NCBI GenBank assembly: GCA_951406725.2
Contig: OX597833.1
Location: forward strand, 62,744,001 to 62,808,000
Reading direction: 5' to 3'
DNA length: 64,000 nucleotides
Source of the DNA: Octopus vulgaris
Taxonomy: Eukaryota
Every line of letters starts with the position of its first letter. The stretch's first letter is position 1. Below the pieces are notes generated by a model. It did no database searches. It saw only the letters and a program-made list of their open reading frames with translations, and was not told the DNA's origin. Shown here in pieces: positions 27,640-45,427 of the stretch. Position numbers and translations under genes: made by a program.

Positions 27640-27690
<51 letters not shown>

Positions 27691-27712
27691 AATAGGGCAG
27701 GTATAAAAATAC

Positions 27713-27745
<33 letters not shown>

Positions 27746-27808
27746 TATACACATATATAAACATCTACATGCATTCACACACTCACACACACACACACAC
27801 ACACACAT

Positions 27809-28375
<567 letters not shown>

Positions 28376-28630
28376 CATGCACACACCCAGTTGCTGCAAC
28401 AGGAAACGTAAACATCAACACTGAATGTCACATGTGTTAAGATAAGTTTCATGTGGTGTAGATTTCTCCCGTTCACTTCTCCTCGGAAAGGTAACGGAGA
28501 GAGAGAGAGAGAGAGAGAGACAGACATACTTCAATCTGCTGTCAGAAGATAGGCACAAATTTAAAGAGAGACGCATTGGTATGTATGCACATCTACATGT
28601 GTGTGTGTGTATATATATGCATGTGTGTGA

Positions 28631-28688
<58 letters not shown>

Positions 28689-28703
28689 TACACACACACA
28701 CAT

Positions 28704-28755
<52 letters not shown>

Positions 28756-29014
28756 GATATATATTTTGTAGGTGTATATATATATATATATTATTTGTTT
28801 ATATATATATATGAGAGAGAGAGACAGATAGATTGATAGAGGGGTAGATAAATAGGGAGTAGGTGGGTAGATAGATATATATATATATATGTAGAGACAT
28901 AGACAGATGGATAGAAAGATAGATAGGAAGCTAGATAGATTAATAGATAGGTAGAAAGATAGATAGATAGGTAAGAAGAGAGATAGATAAGTAGGAAGAG
29001 AGATAGATAGACTA

Positions 29015-29045
<31 letters not shown>

Positions 29046-29373
29046 TACAGATAGATAGATAGATAGATGGGTATGCAGGTATAAATATATGTGTGTGTGT
29101 GTGTGTTTATTTTAGATTAAGGCATAGTTGGATATGTATAGATAAATTGATTGGTAAAAGGGGTTGATGGCACCTGTAATAGATTGATAGATAGATTAAT
29201 ATATAGATACTTAGGCAGGTACGCAGAGGTGTAGAAAGGTAGATGGATAGATAGTTAGATAAATAGATAGATAAAAAGAAAGATGCAATGAAAAACACTG
29301 ACAGTCTCAGACAAACAATATCGTGGCATATGGTAATTGAAGATGGTTCCGTGTTCTTTTTTCCCTTGCTGCT

Positions 29374-29405
<32 letters not shown>

Positions 29406-29609
29406 GCTTACACACACACCTACATACATACCTATGCATACACAAACATACGCTTTCATTTTGTATGTTTGTATACAAATGCTCCAACTTGTTGAGATGC
29501 TAGCAGCATATTGAAGTGGTTCTCTTGAAAAGAAATTACCTGGTTCTTATAACAACTTCAGATATATATATGTGTATATATATACTTTACATACACAAAT
29601 ACATATATA

Positions 29610-29669
<60 letters not shown>

Positions 29670-29839
29670 TACATACACACATACACACACACATGCATTT
29701 ATATTTTTATATATGTATATATTTCATACAGAAAGGCACACATCTATTTTGTTTGGATATTTAAAGATACATATTCATACCTGCCTAACGAGAGAATCAG
29801 TATGATGGAAAAAAAGGTGGATAGATAGATAGCTTGGTA

Positions 29840-29886
<47 letters not shown>

Positions 29887-29923
29887 ATAGATGGATAGAT
29901 AGATAGATAGGTAGGTAGGTAGG

Positions 29924-29958
<35 letters not shown>

Positions 29959-31198
29959 GTAGGTAGGTAGGTAGGTAGGTAGGTAGGTAGGTAGGTAGGT
30001 AGGTAGATAGATAGCTAGATAGGTAGGCAGATAGACAGGTAGAGAGATAGATTAGTAGATAGATATATGCAGAGGGATAGGTAAATATATAGATTGCTAG
30101 GTGGGTAGAGAGATAGAGAGAGAAAGAGAGAGAGAGAGAAATAAAAAAATGGATGGATAGATAGATAGATTGAGAGACAGACAGATGGGATAGTGTATGT
30201 GTGTGTGTATATATATTTATATAAAGCTAGATAGACAGAAAGATAGGTAGATAGACAGTGAAAATGGAAAAGGAGTGAAAATAAAGTGAAGTAAAGGTTA
30301 ATGGTTATTGACAGGTAGATATATGAGAGAAAGACATTGTTGATTGGATAGGTATACAGAGAGACAGACTGATATAGAGGTATGATGTATAATATTACAT
30401 AGATATATAGACAGTTAGTGATTGATAGATAGGTAGGTAGGTAGGTAGAAAGAGAAATACATAGACAGGTATAGAATATGTTAAATATTTTAGATAATCA
30501 TATAATCAGGTAGAGGTTGATAGTTAGGCTGAGAGATAGGTATATAGAATAGTGTTAGGTAGATAGATAGATAGATACACAGGTAAGTAGGTATGAGGTA
30601 CATAATAAAATTGGAAAGTATTTGGACAGATAGCTAGGTATATATGAAGAGGTAAAACGATAGATAAATAGCTACAGAGACAGGTAGATAGTAAGATATG
30701 TATATAAATACATAAAGAGATATACAGGTATGCATGTATATATATTTATATATACAGGTATATAGACAAAGAAACATAACATAGGTAGGTACCAATAGAT
30801 AGGTAGATTGATATAAATATGTGTAGGAAGTCAGTATGGATAGGTAGGTAGATACAGAGAAACATAGGTATATAGTTTGTTAGACAGGTAAAGCGGCAGG
30901 TATGTGTAAATAGACAGGTAGGTAAGGAGGTGTAGAGAGATAAATATGTAGGGATATAGGTAGATTGATCAATAAATGTAAGGTTGGTGTTCACATAGGA
31001 AGATAGAAAATTATTATTTTGGACAGGTGTGTGTGTGTGTGTGTTGGAGGAGTGGGGTGGGGGCAGAGTTAGTGAGTTTGGATTTTCGGTTCCTCTACTG
31101 CAAGAGATAATTAAAGGAGACTGACAGGTAAATAACATTATATAATATACAAGTAATATAATATACATACATACCTACATATATACATACATACATTC

Positions 31199-31240
<42 letters not shown>

Positions 31241-32436
31241 TTATATATTTGTGTATATATATATATATATATATACATACACACATACATACACACACAC
31301 ATGCACGCACACACACACACATACACACATATATATACATATGTACATATATATATATGAAAATATGCATACATCCTAATATATGTGAATATATATATGT
31401 GTGTGTGTAAATATCTATCTATCTTTCTATCTATATACATATACACAAATGCACACACACACACAAACACACACACACACACTACTAAACAGAGCAATAA
31501 CACAAGCACACAACTACAACCACATCAACAACAACAACAACAGCAGAGCTGGAGTTCTTGGAGTGCTAAAAGGTGCAACGGAAAGGCCAGACTATAACTC
31601 TGTGAGACGCCAGAATATCCTACCTGCAATTCTTCTAAACAGGTGAGTTAAACAACTTTATTTTGCTCCCGTATTTACTAATTCAATAATTCTCTTCGTT
31701 GCCTTTGTGATATCCTCATTTTTCTTTATTAATTTGATGTTGAAGAATTTTCACTAATTATTTAATTATGTGTATTCACATTTAAAATAATTCCTGGACT
31801 TCGTCATTTCTGAATTTTTTTTACCTGAATCTTTTCTTGGTGGAATCATGTGTATTTAATTATTCTTGGTGTTTTGTGTCCTGAGTTCAAATTTCATCGT
31901 GTCCCTGTTACATTTCATTCTTCCGGGGTCGATATAAAATAAAACACTTGTAAAATGAAGAAGTGGGTTTGGTTTATCAACGAGCTCCCCTACTTCAAAA
32001 AAAAAAAAGGTCTCTGTTAAGAACCATTAGAGCTATTGGGCCATGTCGGTCCTATAAGGGGCATTAGTCCCATTTTATATCTGATTGAAGCTCTCCCTCA
32101 AAAAAAAAAAAAAAAAAAGAAAAATGCAAAAAATCTGATAGCTCCCTCCAAGTTTACGAGACCCTCCCTCCTCTCTGTTGGGCCTGAATGTACTCCTGCT
32201 CTACCTTATAAAAATCCCTATCAGAGACCCTGGGCCTGGGGCCATGTCAGAATCATTAAAACATCAATACAAATACCTTGGAGTATTTACTCCAATTCTT
32301 TATGTTCTGAGTTCAAATTCCATTGAGGTCAACTTAGCTTTTCATCTCCCTGGGGTGGAAAAATATTAAGGACCACTCATGTACTGAGGTTCATGCAATC
32401 AACTAACTCCCTCCACTCAAAATTTCTGGTCTTGTA

Positions 32437-32467
<31 letters not shown>

Positions 32468-33585
32468 TGTTTTAAATCTGGGTTTTGTCCCAGTTAACAG
32501 GGGTGGCTGGATCTACCTCAATGCCATAGCAACCAAGGCATGCAAGTGCAGCCCACCCCAACATTTGGGCTGGCAGGTGCCCATTCTCCTTTGCTATCAT
32601 GAGGCTTTTTTGGAGCTGGATTTTCTACAGGGAGCATGCCCATGCTTACCCCACAACCTCAGTTTATAGACATGAGTGGTCCCGAGACCAAGGCCTCTAC
32701 CACGATTTTTAAGAAATGTGGTGGAAAACTAGCTCAGGAAGACAGGGACACTACTCCCTGAGACCCCTTTCAGAGCCCCCCTCCTACCTTAATTAGAATC
32801 CATTATTGTATCACAGAATCGGTGGAGCATCAGATAAAATAAATATTGTTGTTGTTGTTGTTTAACCCCAGGTCTGCCCTGATCAAGCTGAGCTATGATA
32901 TGAGGGTACTGTAGTTGCGACCACCCTGTCCTATTTCAGTCATTGTGTACCTAGGACTAGATTATCCAATGTGACATACATATGCAAAACATCACTGTTG
33001 CTATTGTTGTTTAGCTATTCATCCCCAGGTGAAGCCTGATTGAGCATGAGTCAAATGATCATTTGTGTCCCAGCCATGACCATCCTGTCTTTTTAGTGGG
33101 CAGTAGGTATTTAGAACTATATCAACTAACTTCTCCTTTACCTATTTGAAAGTAGAGTGTAGTTTGAAGGAGATTTGGTTGTTATTTCTAGAAGCTGGAA
33201 TAACCAGGTAGAAGTCTCCCTTTTCAATTAGCTTAATTAATTATTGGTTAAAAACTCTGGATCGATACAATCACTTATGACCACATCCACACCCCTCCTT
33301 CAGTCTACGTGAGTTCGTGTCTGTCTCAGGAATCAATCATGTCGACAACAACAACAACAATATGTTCATACCTTCAGTGCTGTTGTTGTTTAGCCCAAGG
33401 TCGGTTCTGATCCAGGAGACTTATGATTACCTGGCATGTTACCTACCTACACAAGTGTGCCTTCTACACTGGATTTTTTATTTCTTCATTTCAAAGAAAC
33501 AGATATTTTTTTAATGAAGTTTTCTAAAAATACCATTCAGACTGTGTAATTACAATTATGTCAGGATTTAATGCGAAAAATTTTT

Positions 33586-33780
33586 CGTGGCAAGTAGCTT
33601 GCTTACCGACCACATGGTTTGGGTTCAGTCCCACTGCATGGCACCTTGGCCAAGTGTCTTCTACTATAGCCTCGGGCCGACCAAAGCCTTGTGAGTGGAT
33701 CTGGTAGACAGAAACTAAAAGAAGCCTGTCGTATATATGTATATCTTCATCATCGTTTAGCGTCCGTTTTCCATTCTAGC

Positions 33781-33814
<34 letters not shown>

Positions 33815-34030
33815 ATGTTTGTGTGTCTGTGTTTGTCCCGCCAACATCGCTTGACAACCGACGGTGGTGTGTTTACGTCCCCGTCACTTAGCGGTTTGGC
33901 AAAAGTGACCGATAGAATTAGTTCTAGGCTTACAAAGAATAATTCCTGGGGTCGATTTGCTCGACTAAAGGCGGTGCTCCAGCATGGTCACAGTCACATG
34001 ACTGAAACAAGTAAAAGAGAGTAAAAGAGA
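33586..34030 (+). mobile_element. SINE family A (further + copies at ~34793-35090, 35098-35385, 36724-37032)
   Basis: Sequence identity to the reference copy. Confidence 0.88.
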
Positions 34031-34079
34031 GGAGTTTTGGTTAATTCACACTATTGACTTTGTTTCCTCATAACTTTCA

Positions 34080-34231
34080 GAAAAATGGGGTTTCTTTTTA
34101 GATGAAATTTTCTACAAATATCCTTCAGATGGGTAGTTTATGATTATATCGGAATTTAACTTGAAAATGAAAAGAATTCATGGGTGTGCACGTATAGTAC
34201 TGACACACGCACACACATTTACACACACACG

Positions 34232-34280
<49 letters not shown>

Positions 34281-34790
34281 ACACATTTACACACACACAC
34301 ACACACATACACATTTATACACACATACACACATACATGTAGACACACTTGCACACACACACATGTACACACACGTGTAGATACACTTACACACATTCTC
34401 ACATATGCAGTCACATGCATACACACACATGCATTCACATGCATACATATACACACACACAAGCAGACACACTTGTATACACACACACACACACACATGC
34501 AGACACAAATACACACGGACACACACATACACACACATATGCAAACACAAACACCCACATACACACACACATAAACAAACTTGCACATGCACACACACAC
34601 ATATAAACATCCACACATACACACACACACGCACACACACAATAAACATGAAATTTTTAAAAAAATGTCTAGCGTGTCAGTATGTCTGTGTGTCCCCCAT
34701 CTACTTTTCAACTTAAATTCCAAGATAATCGAATTCTACATAATCTGAAGAATATTTGTAGAAAATTTCATTAAAAAGTATCCATTTCTC
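34080..34790. repeat. Inverted repeat (~85-bp arms, 34080-34167 and 34705-34790) around a (CA)n-rich core; probable MITE
   Basis: ATGAAATTTTCTACAAATAT.CTTCAGAT..GATTAT..GGAATTTAA.TTGAAAA is present in both orientations; a third diverged arm lies at ~33500-33575. Confidence 0.7.
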
Positions 34791-35972
34791 GTAGGCATAG
34801 GAGTGGCTGTGTGGTAAGTAGCTTGCTTACGAACCACATGGTTCCGGGTTCAGTCCCACTGCGTGGCACCTTGGGCAAGTGTCTTCTACTATAGCCTCAG
34901 GCCAACCAAAACCTTGTGAGTTGATTTGGTAGATGGAAACTGAAAGAAGCCCATCGTATATATGTATATATGTATATGTGTATGTGTGTGTGTATGTTTG
35001 TGTGTCTGTTTGTCCCCCCCCCAACATTGCTTGACAACCGATGTTAGTATGTTTACAACTCTGTAACATAGCAGTTCGGCAAAAGAGCCCAATTAATACA
35101 TAGGAGTGACTGTGTGGTAAGTAGCTTGCTTACCAACCACATGGTTATGGGTTCAGTCCCACTGCATGGCACCTTGGGCAAGTATCTTCTGCTATAGCCT
35201 CGGGCTGAGCAAAGCCTTGTCAATGGATTTCGTAGACAGAAACTGAAAGAAGCCCGTTGTGTATATGTATATATATATTATATATGTATATGTGTGTGTC
35301 CTGGGGGTGTCAATTTGTTCGACCAAAAGGCACTGCCCCAGCATGCCACAGTCAAATGCCTGAAACAGCTAAAAGAATGAAAGAATATATATATATATAT
35401 ATATGTGTGTGTGTATGTGTGTGTGTATATATATATATATGTATATGTATACACACACACACATACACACGTACACATACACATACATGTATGTAGTTAC
35501 ACACCACACGTGATATTGATGTAAGCGAATGCCATCCTCATGTCTATATGAAGGAATTCTATATTATAAAGTGGTGTGTGTATATATGTGCATGCGTGTG
35601 TGTATGTGTGTGTGTGTGTGTGTTTGTGTGTCTGTGTGTACATATTGGTGTACTCATGTGCAAGCGTGTGTGCTTGCGTGTGTGTGTGTGCACATGTGTT
35701 CATGTGTGTGTTTGTGTGTGTGTATTTGTATGTGGGTGTTCATATGTGTGTGTATGTGTTTGTATGTGGGCGTTCATGTGTGTGTACGCATGCGTGTGTG
35801 TGTGCGCACATGTGTGTGTGTGCGTGCATACGTGTGTGTGTGTGTGTGTGTGTTTCTATGTGGGTATTCATGTGTGCGTGCGTGTTTGTATGTGACTGTT
35901 CATGTGTGTGTGTGTGCATTTGTGTGTTTCTTTGTGGGTATTCATATGTGTGTGCATTTGTATATGGATGTT

Positions 35973-36024
<52 letters not shown>

Positions 36025-36860
36025 TGCAGTAGTATGTTTAAGGAAATAGATTAGGTCCTCTTATGCAACATATGTTTTTGCTGTGTGTGTGTGTGTGTTG
36101 GGGTGGTGGTATTGTTATCGTTTCAGTTATAATATATCTGAGATCAAATCTCTCAGGTGTTTACTTTCACTTTCCATCCGCCCTGAAACCAATAAGATAA
36201 AGCAGCAATCAATACCGGAGATCAATTCAATCAATCCTATCCCCCCCTCTTCCTTTTTCCCTTCCGATCGGGCTTCATTATAAGTGCATCTGTTACAGAA
36301 ATCATTAACCACAACATCGGACAAGATGTTCTGCAGCGTATGTTCACGGCCCCCTGGGTTCTGAGTTCAGATCTCTCGGAGGTTGACTTGGCCTTTCATT
36401 CCTTGTGAATAAGCATAAGTATGGCTGTGTGTTTCAGAAGTCTGCTTCCTGACACCCTGGTTTCAGGTTCAATCCCACGTGACACCTTGGGCAAGTGTCT
36501 TCCACTACAACCAGGGCCTCCTAGAGAAATGTTGCAAAGCATAAATAGGGTTTTTTTTCTTCTCAAGCCCCCACCACAGGCCGCAATCCTTGAAGGAATG
36601 TAGACTCCTCTGGCTATCTAAAATTCACAGGACCACCCTCTGTGTTTCTGGGGCCCTCTTTGAATCTTCAGGTTACAGAGCAATGTGCTGCTTGCATGGC
36701 CCACTCCATTTTCATAAACAATAGGCGTACGAGTGGCTGTGTGGTAAGTAGCTTGCTTACGAACCACATGGTTCCGGGTTCAGTCCCACTGCGTGGCACC
36801 TTGGGCAAGTGTCTTCTGCTATAGCTTCAGGTTGACCAAAGCCCATCGTACATATGTATG

Positions 36861-36905
<45 letters not shown>

Positions 36906-37032
36906 TTGTGTGTCTGTGTTTGTCCCCCCAACATCGCTTGACAACCGATGCTGGTGTGTTTCCATCCCCGTAACTTAGCGGTTCAGCTAAAGAGACCGAT
37001 AGAATAAGTACTGGGCTTACAAAGAATAAGTC

Positions 37033-37440
37033 CTTCCACAACTCCAAGTATCTTACTCCCTGCCCTCACTCTATATCCAACCTCCTCAGCCAACCCCCTA
37101 TCTACCATCACATGTAATCCCAGATACTTAAGAAATACTCCCCTCCTCAAACATCTCACCATTTACACTCACATCCATCCTACCAGAGCCATTCCATCTC
37201 TCGAACATCTCATCACCTTTCTCTCAGCTAGTTTCACTTTCAGTTCCCCCCTCCTCACACCCTCTTCCAAACTCCACCACCAGTCTCCTCAGTTCCTCTT
37301 CTGAATCCGCCACCAGTGCTGTATCATCAGCAAACAACAACTGACTCACCTGCCATTTCTATCCATTTTCTCCCACCATTTGGGTTCCGCTACCAAGGGT
37401 TCTAGTATTTACCTCTCTCACCTCACCATCCATATATATA
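37033..37440 (-). mobile_element. RTE-clade LINE reverse transcriptase fragment
   Basis: Minus strand: YMDGEVREVN..WQVSQLLFADDTALVADSEEELRRLVVEFGR..KYLG (FADD at ~37323-37334); stops and frameshifts. Confidence 0.85.
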
Positions 37441-37475
37441 TAAGGGCCAGTTTCCCAGTTTCAGTGGCATATATT

Positions 37476-37944
37476 GTTAAGTTAAGTTAATTTTTTGGCT
37501 CAAAAAGCAAAAAGCAAGGCCATGCAGGGGGACAGGGAGTTATGTACGGGGTGGTATTCATGCAAAGAGTTCAGGCCATTTGTTGTCAAGAGAGACTTTG
37601 AACTGAGCGGTCGTCGGCATCTTCACCATCTCGTCTAGCAGCTTATTCCACGGATCTGCAACCAGGATGGAGAAAGCCCCTCTCCTTCGATTGAGATGAA
37701 ATCGTCGCAGATAGAGCTTTTCGGAGTGACCCCGCAGCCAATGCTCTGGAGCAGGAGTGAAGAACAGCTCTTTCGAGAGGTTACATTTTCCACTTATGAT
37801 GTTGTGAACAAGAATGAGATCACCACGGCGGCGTCATTTTTCTAGAGAATAAAGGTCGAGCGTCTTCAGCCTTTCTTCATAAGACAAATGCTTGAGACCA
37901 AGAACCATGCAGGTAGCCAGCTTCTGGACTCATTCGAGATGATG
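37476..37944 (-). mobile_element. CR1-clade LINE 3' fragment inserted in a family-C SINE
   Basis: Minus strand VQKLAT..EERLKTLDLYSLEK*RRRGDLI..LRGHSEKL..PWNKL..FKVSLD; (TTAAC)n-type tail; TATATT direct repeat at 37470-37475 and 37945-37950. Confidence 0.88.
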
Positions 37945-38136
37945 TATATTTCCCACGTGGACAGGATGCCAGTCTGTCCAAGGATTACTCATTTTTGCCA
38001 GATGAGAAGACTGGAGCAACAAGAAATGAAGTGTTTTGCTCAAGAGCACAGTGCATTGCCTGGTCCAAGATTCAAAACCACAATCTTTCGACCAGGAGTC
38101 CAACACCCTAATATATATATATATGTATATACATAC

Positions 38137-38185
<49 letters not shown>

Positions 38186-38313
38186 TGTATGTAGAAAAAT
38201 ACAACATGGACAAGAACGTATAAATCTTAGAAGACGACACAATAAACACGGACAGGACATTCGAAACCCTCAGTCTTCAGTCAAGAACCGGATCATCGTA
38301 GTAATTTCGGCTG
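38186..38313 (-). mobile_element. Microsatellite-associated repeat family P2 (possibly Penelope-like); second copy at 44891-45020 (+)
   Basis: TCAGCCGAAATT..GATGATCCGGTTCTTGACTGAAGA.TGA.GG.TTC.AATGTCC.GTCCGTGTTT shared by both copies, each abutting (TA)n. Confidence 0.5.
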
Positions 38314-38435
38314 ATATGGCCGGATAACTGAAGAGATGGTGGCATGGATTTCCACCTCAGCATCCAAAACTCAGTGTTTTATCATGGCTACCGAATAATT
38401 GTCACATATTACATTTACAGTAATATATATATATA

Positions 38436-38477
<42 letters not shown>

Positions 38478-38497
38478 GTAAGTAGCTTGCTTATATG

Positions 38498-38880
38498 TGT
38501 GGTAAGTAGCTTGCTTACTAACCACATGGTTCTGGGTTCAGTCTCACTGTGTGGCACCATGGGCAAGTGTCTTCTACTATAGCCTTGGGCCAACCAAAGC
38601 CTTGAGAGTGGATTTGGTAGACGGAAACTGAAAGAAGCCTGTCTTATATATATATATGTGTATGTATATGTTTGTGTGTCTGTGTTTGTTCCACCAGCAT
38701 CGCTTGACAACTGATGCTGGTATGTTTATATCTCCGTAACCCAGCGGTTGGGCAAAAGAGACCGATAGAATAAGTACTAGTCTTACAAAGAATAAGTCCT
38801 GGAGTCAATTTGCTTTACTAAAGGCAGTGCTCCAGCATGGACGCAGTCAAATGACTGAAACAAATAAAATAATAAAAGAA
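38498..38880 (+). mobile_element. SINE family A
   Basis: Identity to the reference copy. Confidence 0.88.
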
Positions 38881-38886
38881 TATATA

Positions 38887-38934
<48 letters not shown>

Positions 38935-39094
38935 GTATGTATGTATGTACGTATTGGGTGTTAGAAACACCTGCACTGCTAGAAATAAGAGCGAAAATTC
39001 TCTAATGCTGCAGTCAAAGCATATAATTGTATACATGCATACTAACAGGGACTGTAATCACCCAGGTGATTAGGGTCCTCAGGTGATTACTCTT

Positions 39095-39468
39095 GTACTT
39101 GTTTCAGTCATTTGACTGTGGTCATGCTGGAGCACCGTCTTTAGTCGAGCAAATCGACCCCAAGGACTTATTCTTTGTAAGCCTAGATCTTATTCTATCG
39201 GTCTCTTTTGCTGAACCGTTAAGTTATGGGGACGTAAACACACCAACATCGGTTGTCAAACAATGTTGCGGGGATAAACACAGACACACAAACATATAAG
39301 CACACATATATTTACTTCTTTCAGTTTCTGTCCACCAAATCCACTCACAAGGGTTCGGTCGACCCGAGGCTATAGTAGAAGACACTTGCCCAAGGTGACA
39401 TGCAGTGGGAATGAACCTGGAACCATGTGGTTGGTAAGCAAGCTACTTACCACACAGCCACTCCTGCA
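39095..39468 (-). mobile_element. SINE family A
   Basis: Reverse complement; tail-to-tail with 38498-38880. Confidence 0.88.
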
Positions 39469-40023
39469 CCTAAATTCTTCATTAGATCCTCTCGCCATTT
39501 GGTTCAGTCTGATAATGCGTACCCAAAGGGATGCGGCATTCCCCAGAAGTTTACAGATAAAACTAGAACTATAAATAAAAAAAATATATAGCCAAAAGAA
39601 AAGAAAATAATCAGGTTGACTATAAAAGGCCAGTCTACCTTAAAGGTAGGGTGATAAGGAAGGTGGGTAATAACTGTGGATGAGCTCTGCATAGCATTCT
39701 ACAAGGATTTTACCTGAGTCTTGCATTCGTATGTACATACATACATATGTACAAACATACATATATACATACATATGTACATACATATATACATATATAC
39801 ATGTATACATACATATATACATGTATACATACATATGTATGTACATACAAACATATGCATATATTTATAAACGTACATACATACATACATATTTACACAT
39901 GTTTTTATTTATAATCAGCAGAGGTTATTAATAAAACACACACATATATATATATACTCATATTTTGTGTTCTATTTTCCTGTTTATATCATCAAATCTC
40001 TCCCTCTGTCTGTCTGTCTGTCA

Positions 40024-40105
<82 letters not shown>

Positions 40106-40119
40106 TATCTATCTATCTA

Positions 40120-40826
40120 CTGGGTGCGGTGAACAAACTGTAATCTAAATTACACAAAAATGAAAATAACACAGACATCTCATTTTAACAGATTTATTTA
40201 CTAAAATTACATTAAAATATCTTGAAATACTAAAGAGTAAATTTATTCAATAAAATCGCCATTGGCTTCAACCACGGCCTCCAGACGACTTTGGAATCTC
40301 CTGCAACTCTTCTGGACAGTCTCCTTGTTTAAGTTGGTGAATGCTGCCATAATCCTTGCCTTCGGTTCATTTTTGGTGTCACAAGGCGTTTTGTTGGTCT
40401 CTTGCTCAACTGCGCCCCACACATAATAATCAAGGGGGTTGCAGTCTGGGGAGTTAGGTGGCCAGATGTTAGGGGTGATGTGGTCACAGAAATTGTCTGA
40501 CAGCCACGACTGGGTTCTCCTGCTTGTGTGGCATGGTGCAGAGTCCTGTTGCCAGACTTGGGGTCTTCCAGCAGCCAGCCTTTGGACCCAGGGCAGCACT
40601 ATCTCCTCCAAGCACTTGATGGAGACCTCTGTGTTGTGTGTGGGAAGATGAATGGAGGCTGTGCAGCATGTCGTCAACATTAGGGATCACTCCAAACACC
40701 ATGATGTTGACTGGATGTTTGATTCTTATCACCCTCGGTACAGGTTTTGGGGACATGGCAAGCCAATGGTTTGTCCCGTGTGTCCACCATCTGATCCTGG
40801 CAAAAATTTTTCTTGTCTGCAAAAAG
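40120..40826 (-). mobile_element. Tc1/mariner DD37D (maT-type) transposon, 3' half
   Basis: WQQD-SAPCHTS...WPPNSPDCNPL-D has 37 residues between the second and third Asp; C-terminus RLEAVVEANGDFIE*; terminus TA|CTGGGTGCGG; frameshifted upstream. Confidence 0.9.
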
Positions 40827-40834
40827 CCAAAGCA

Positions 40835-40981
40835 TGTTAGTTAGTAAGTTAGTTAATTTTTTGGCTCAAAAAGCAAAAAGCAAGGCCATGTAGGGGGGAC
40901 ATGGAGTTATGTACAGGGTGGTGTTCATGCAAAGAGTTCAGGCCACATGTGGTCCAGGGAGACTTTGAACCGAGCGGTCGT
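40835..40981 (-). mobile_element. CR1 LINE extreme 3' end
   Basis: Matches 37476-37615. Confidence 0.82.
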
Positions 40982-41129
40982 GTATCTGTGTGTATGTGTG
41001 TGTGTGCGTGTGCTTCTGTGTGTATGTATGTGCACATGTGCATATGTGTGTGTGCATGCGTGCATGTGTGTCTGTGTGTTTTCTATGTGCGCATGTCTGT
41101 GTATGTGTGTATGTGTATGTATGTGTGCA

Positions 41130-41161
<32 letters not shown>

Positions 41162-41249
41162 ATGAATGTCTGTATACAGAGATCTAGCTGTCTTTATCAG
41201 CTTAGATGTATGTCAAATGTAAAATCTGTAAGTAAACCTATGCAATCTG

Positions 41250-44620
<3,371 letters not shown>

Positions 44621-45012
44621 TCTTTTCTTTTATTTCTTTACTTCTCTCCCCCCCCTTACTCTCCACATACAATAACGTAACAATGGCTTCATTATCCAAT
44701 GAAGAACCCCCAATGTTTTATGTCTGTAGACCTGTGTAACATTTTCTCTCCTGTTGTCTATATGAGTATGTTTACATATATGTGTAAAAGATATCTGTAT
44801 GTCTGCCTGTCTGTCTGTCTGTCTGCCTCTCTCTCTCCCCTCTCCTTCTTTCTGTCTCTGTCTGTCTATATATATATATATATATATATATCAGCCGAAA
44901 TTGCTTGGATGATCCGGTTCTTGACTGAAGATTGAAGGCTTCAAATGTCCCGTCCGTGTTTTTTGTATCGTCTTCTAAATGTTTTACGTTCTTGTCCCAG
45001 TTTGTATTTTTC

Positions 45013-45058
<46 letters not shown>

Positions 45059-45062
<4 letters not shown>

Positions 45063-45427
45063 CATAAGGGACTAAAGCCATCTGAATATGGCTAGGGACA
45101 GGGCAGGGTGGTGGGGGTGTTACTGTTGCATTTAGCCCCAGGCGAACATCGACGTCACCAGAAAGGCTCGACACTGTCACGGTGCCCTAAACCTGCAAAG
45201 GGAGGTAATTCCCCGATGAAGCGGAAACCACACACGGACCATGGTTTCAAGGTGTGGTTTCCGCTTCATCGGGGAATTACCTCCCTTTGCAGGTTTAGGG
45301 CACCGTGACGGTGTCGAGCCTTTCTGGTGACGTCGATGTTCGCCTGGGGCTAAATGCAACAGTAACACCCCCCACCACCCTGCCCTGTCCCTAGCCATAT
45401 TCAGATGGCTTTAGTCCCTTATGTTAT
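45059..45427. repeat. Near-perfect long palindrome, arms 45059-45233 and 45252-45427, 18-nt spacer
   Basis: Base-by-base reverse complement with one substitution and one 1-nt indel in a G/C run. Confidence 0.95.

Noticed and set aside
40243-40680. Active or domesticated transposase gene
   Set aside because: Only the C-terminal part is present, frameshifted upstream, with no 5' half
45108-45398. Mirror-image ORFs on both strands (GVLLLHLAPGEHRRHQKG)
   Set aside because: A by-product of the palindrome; short, with no recognisable domain
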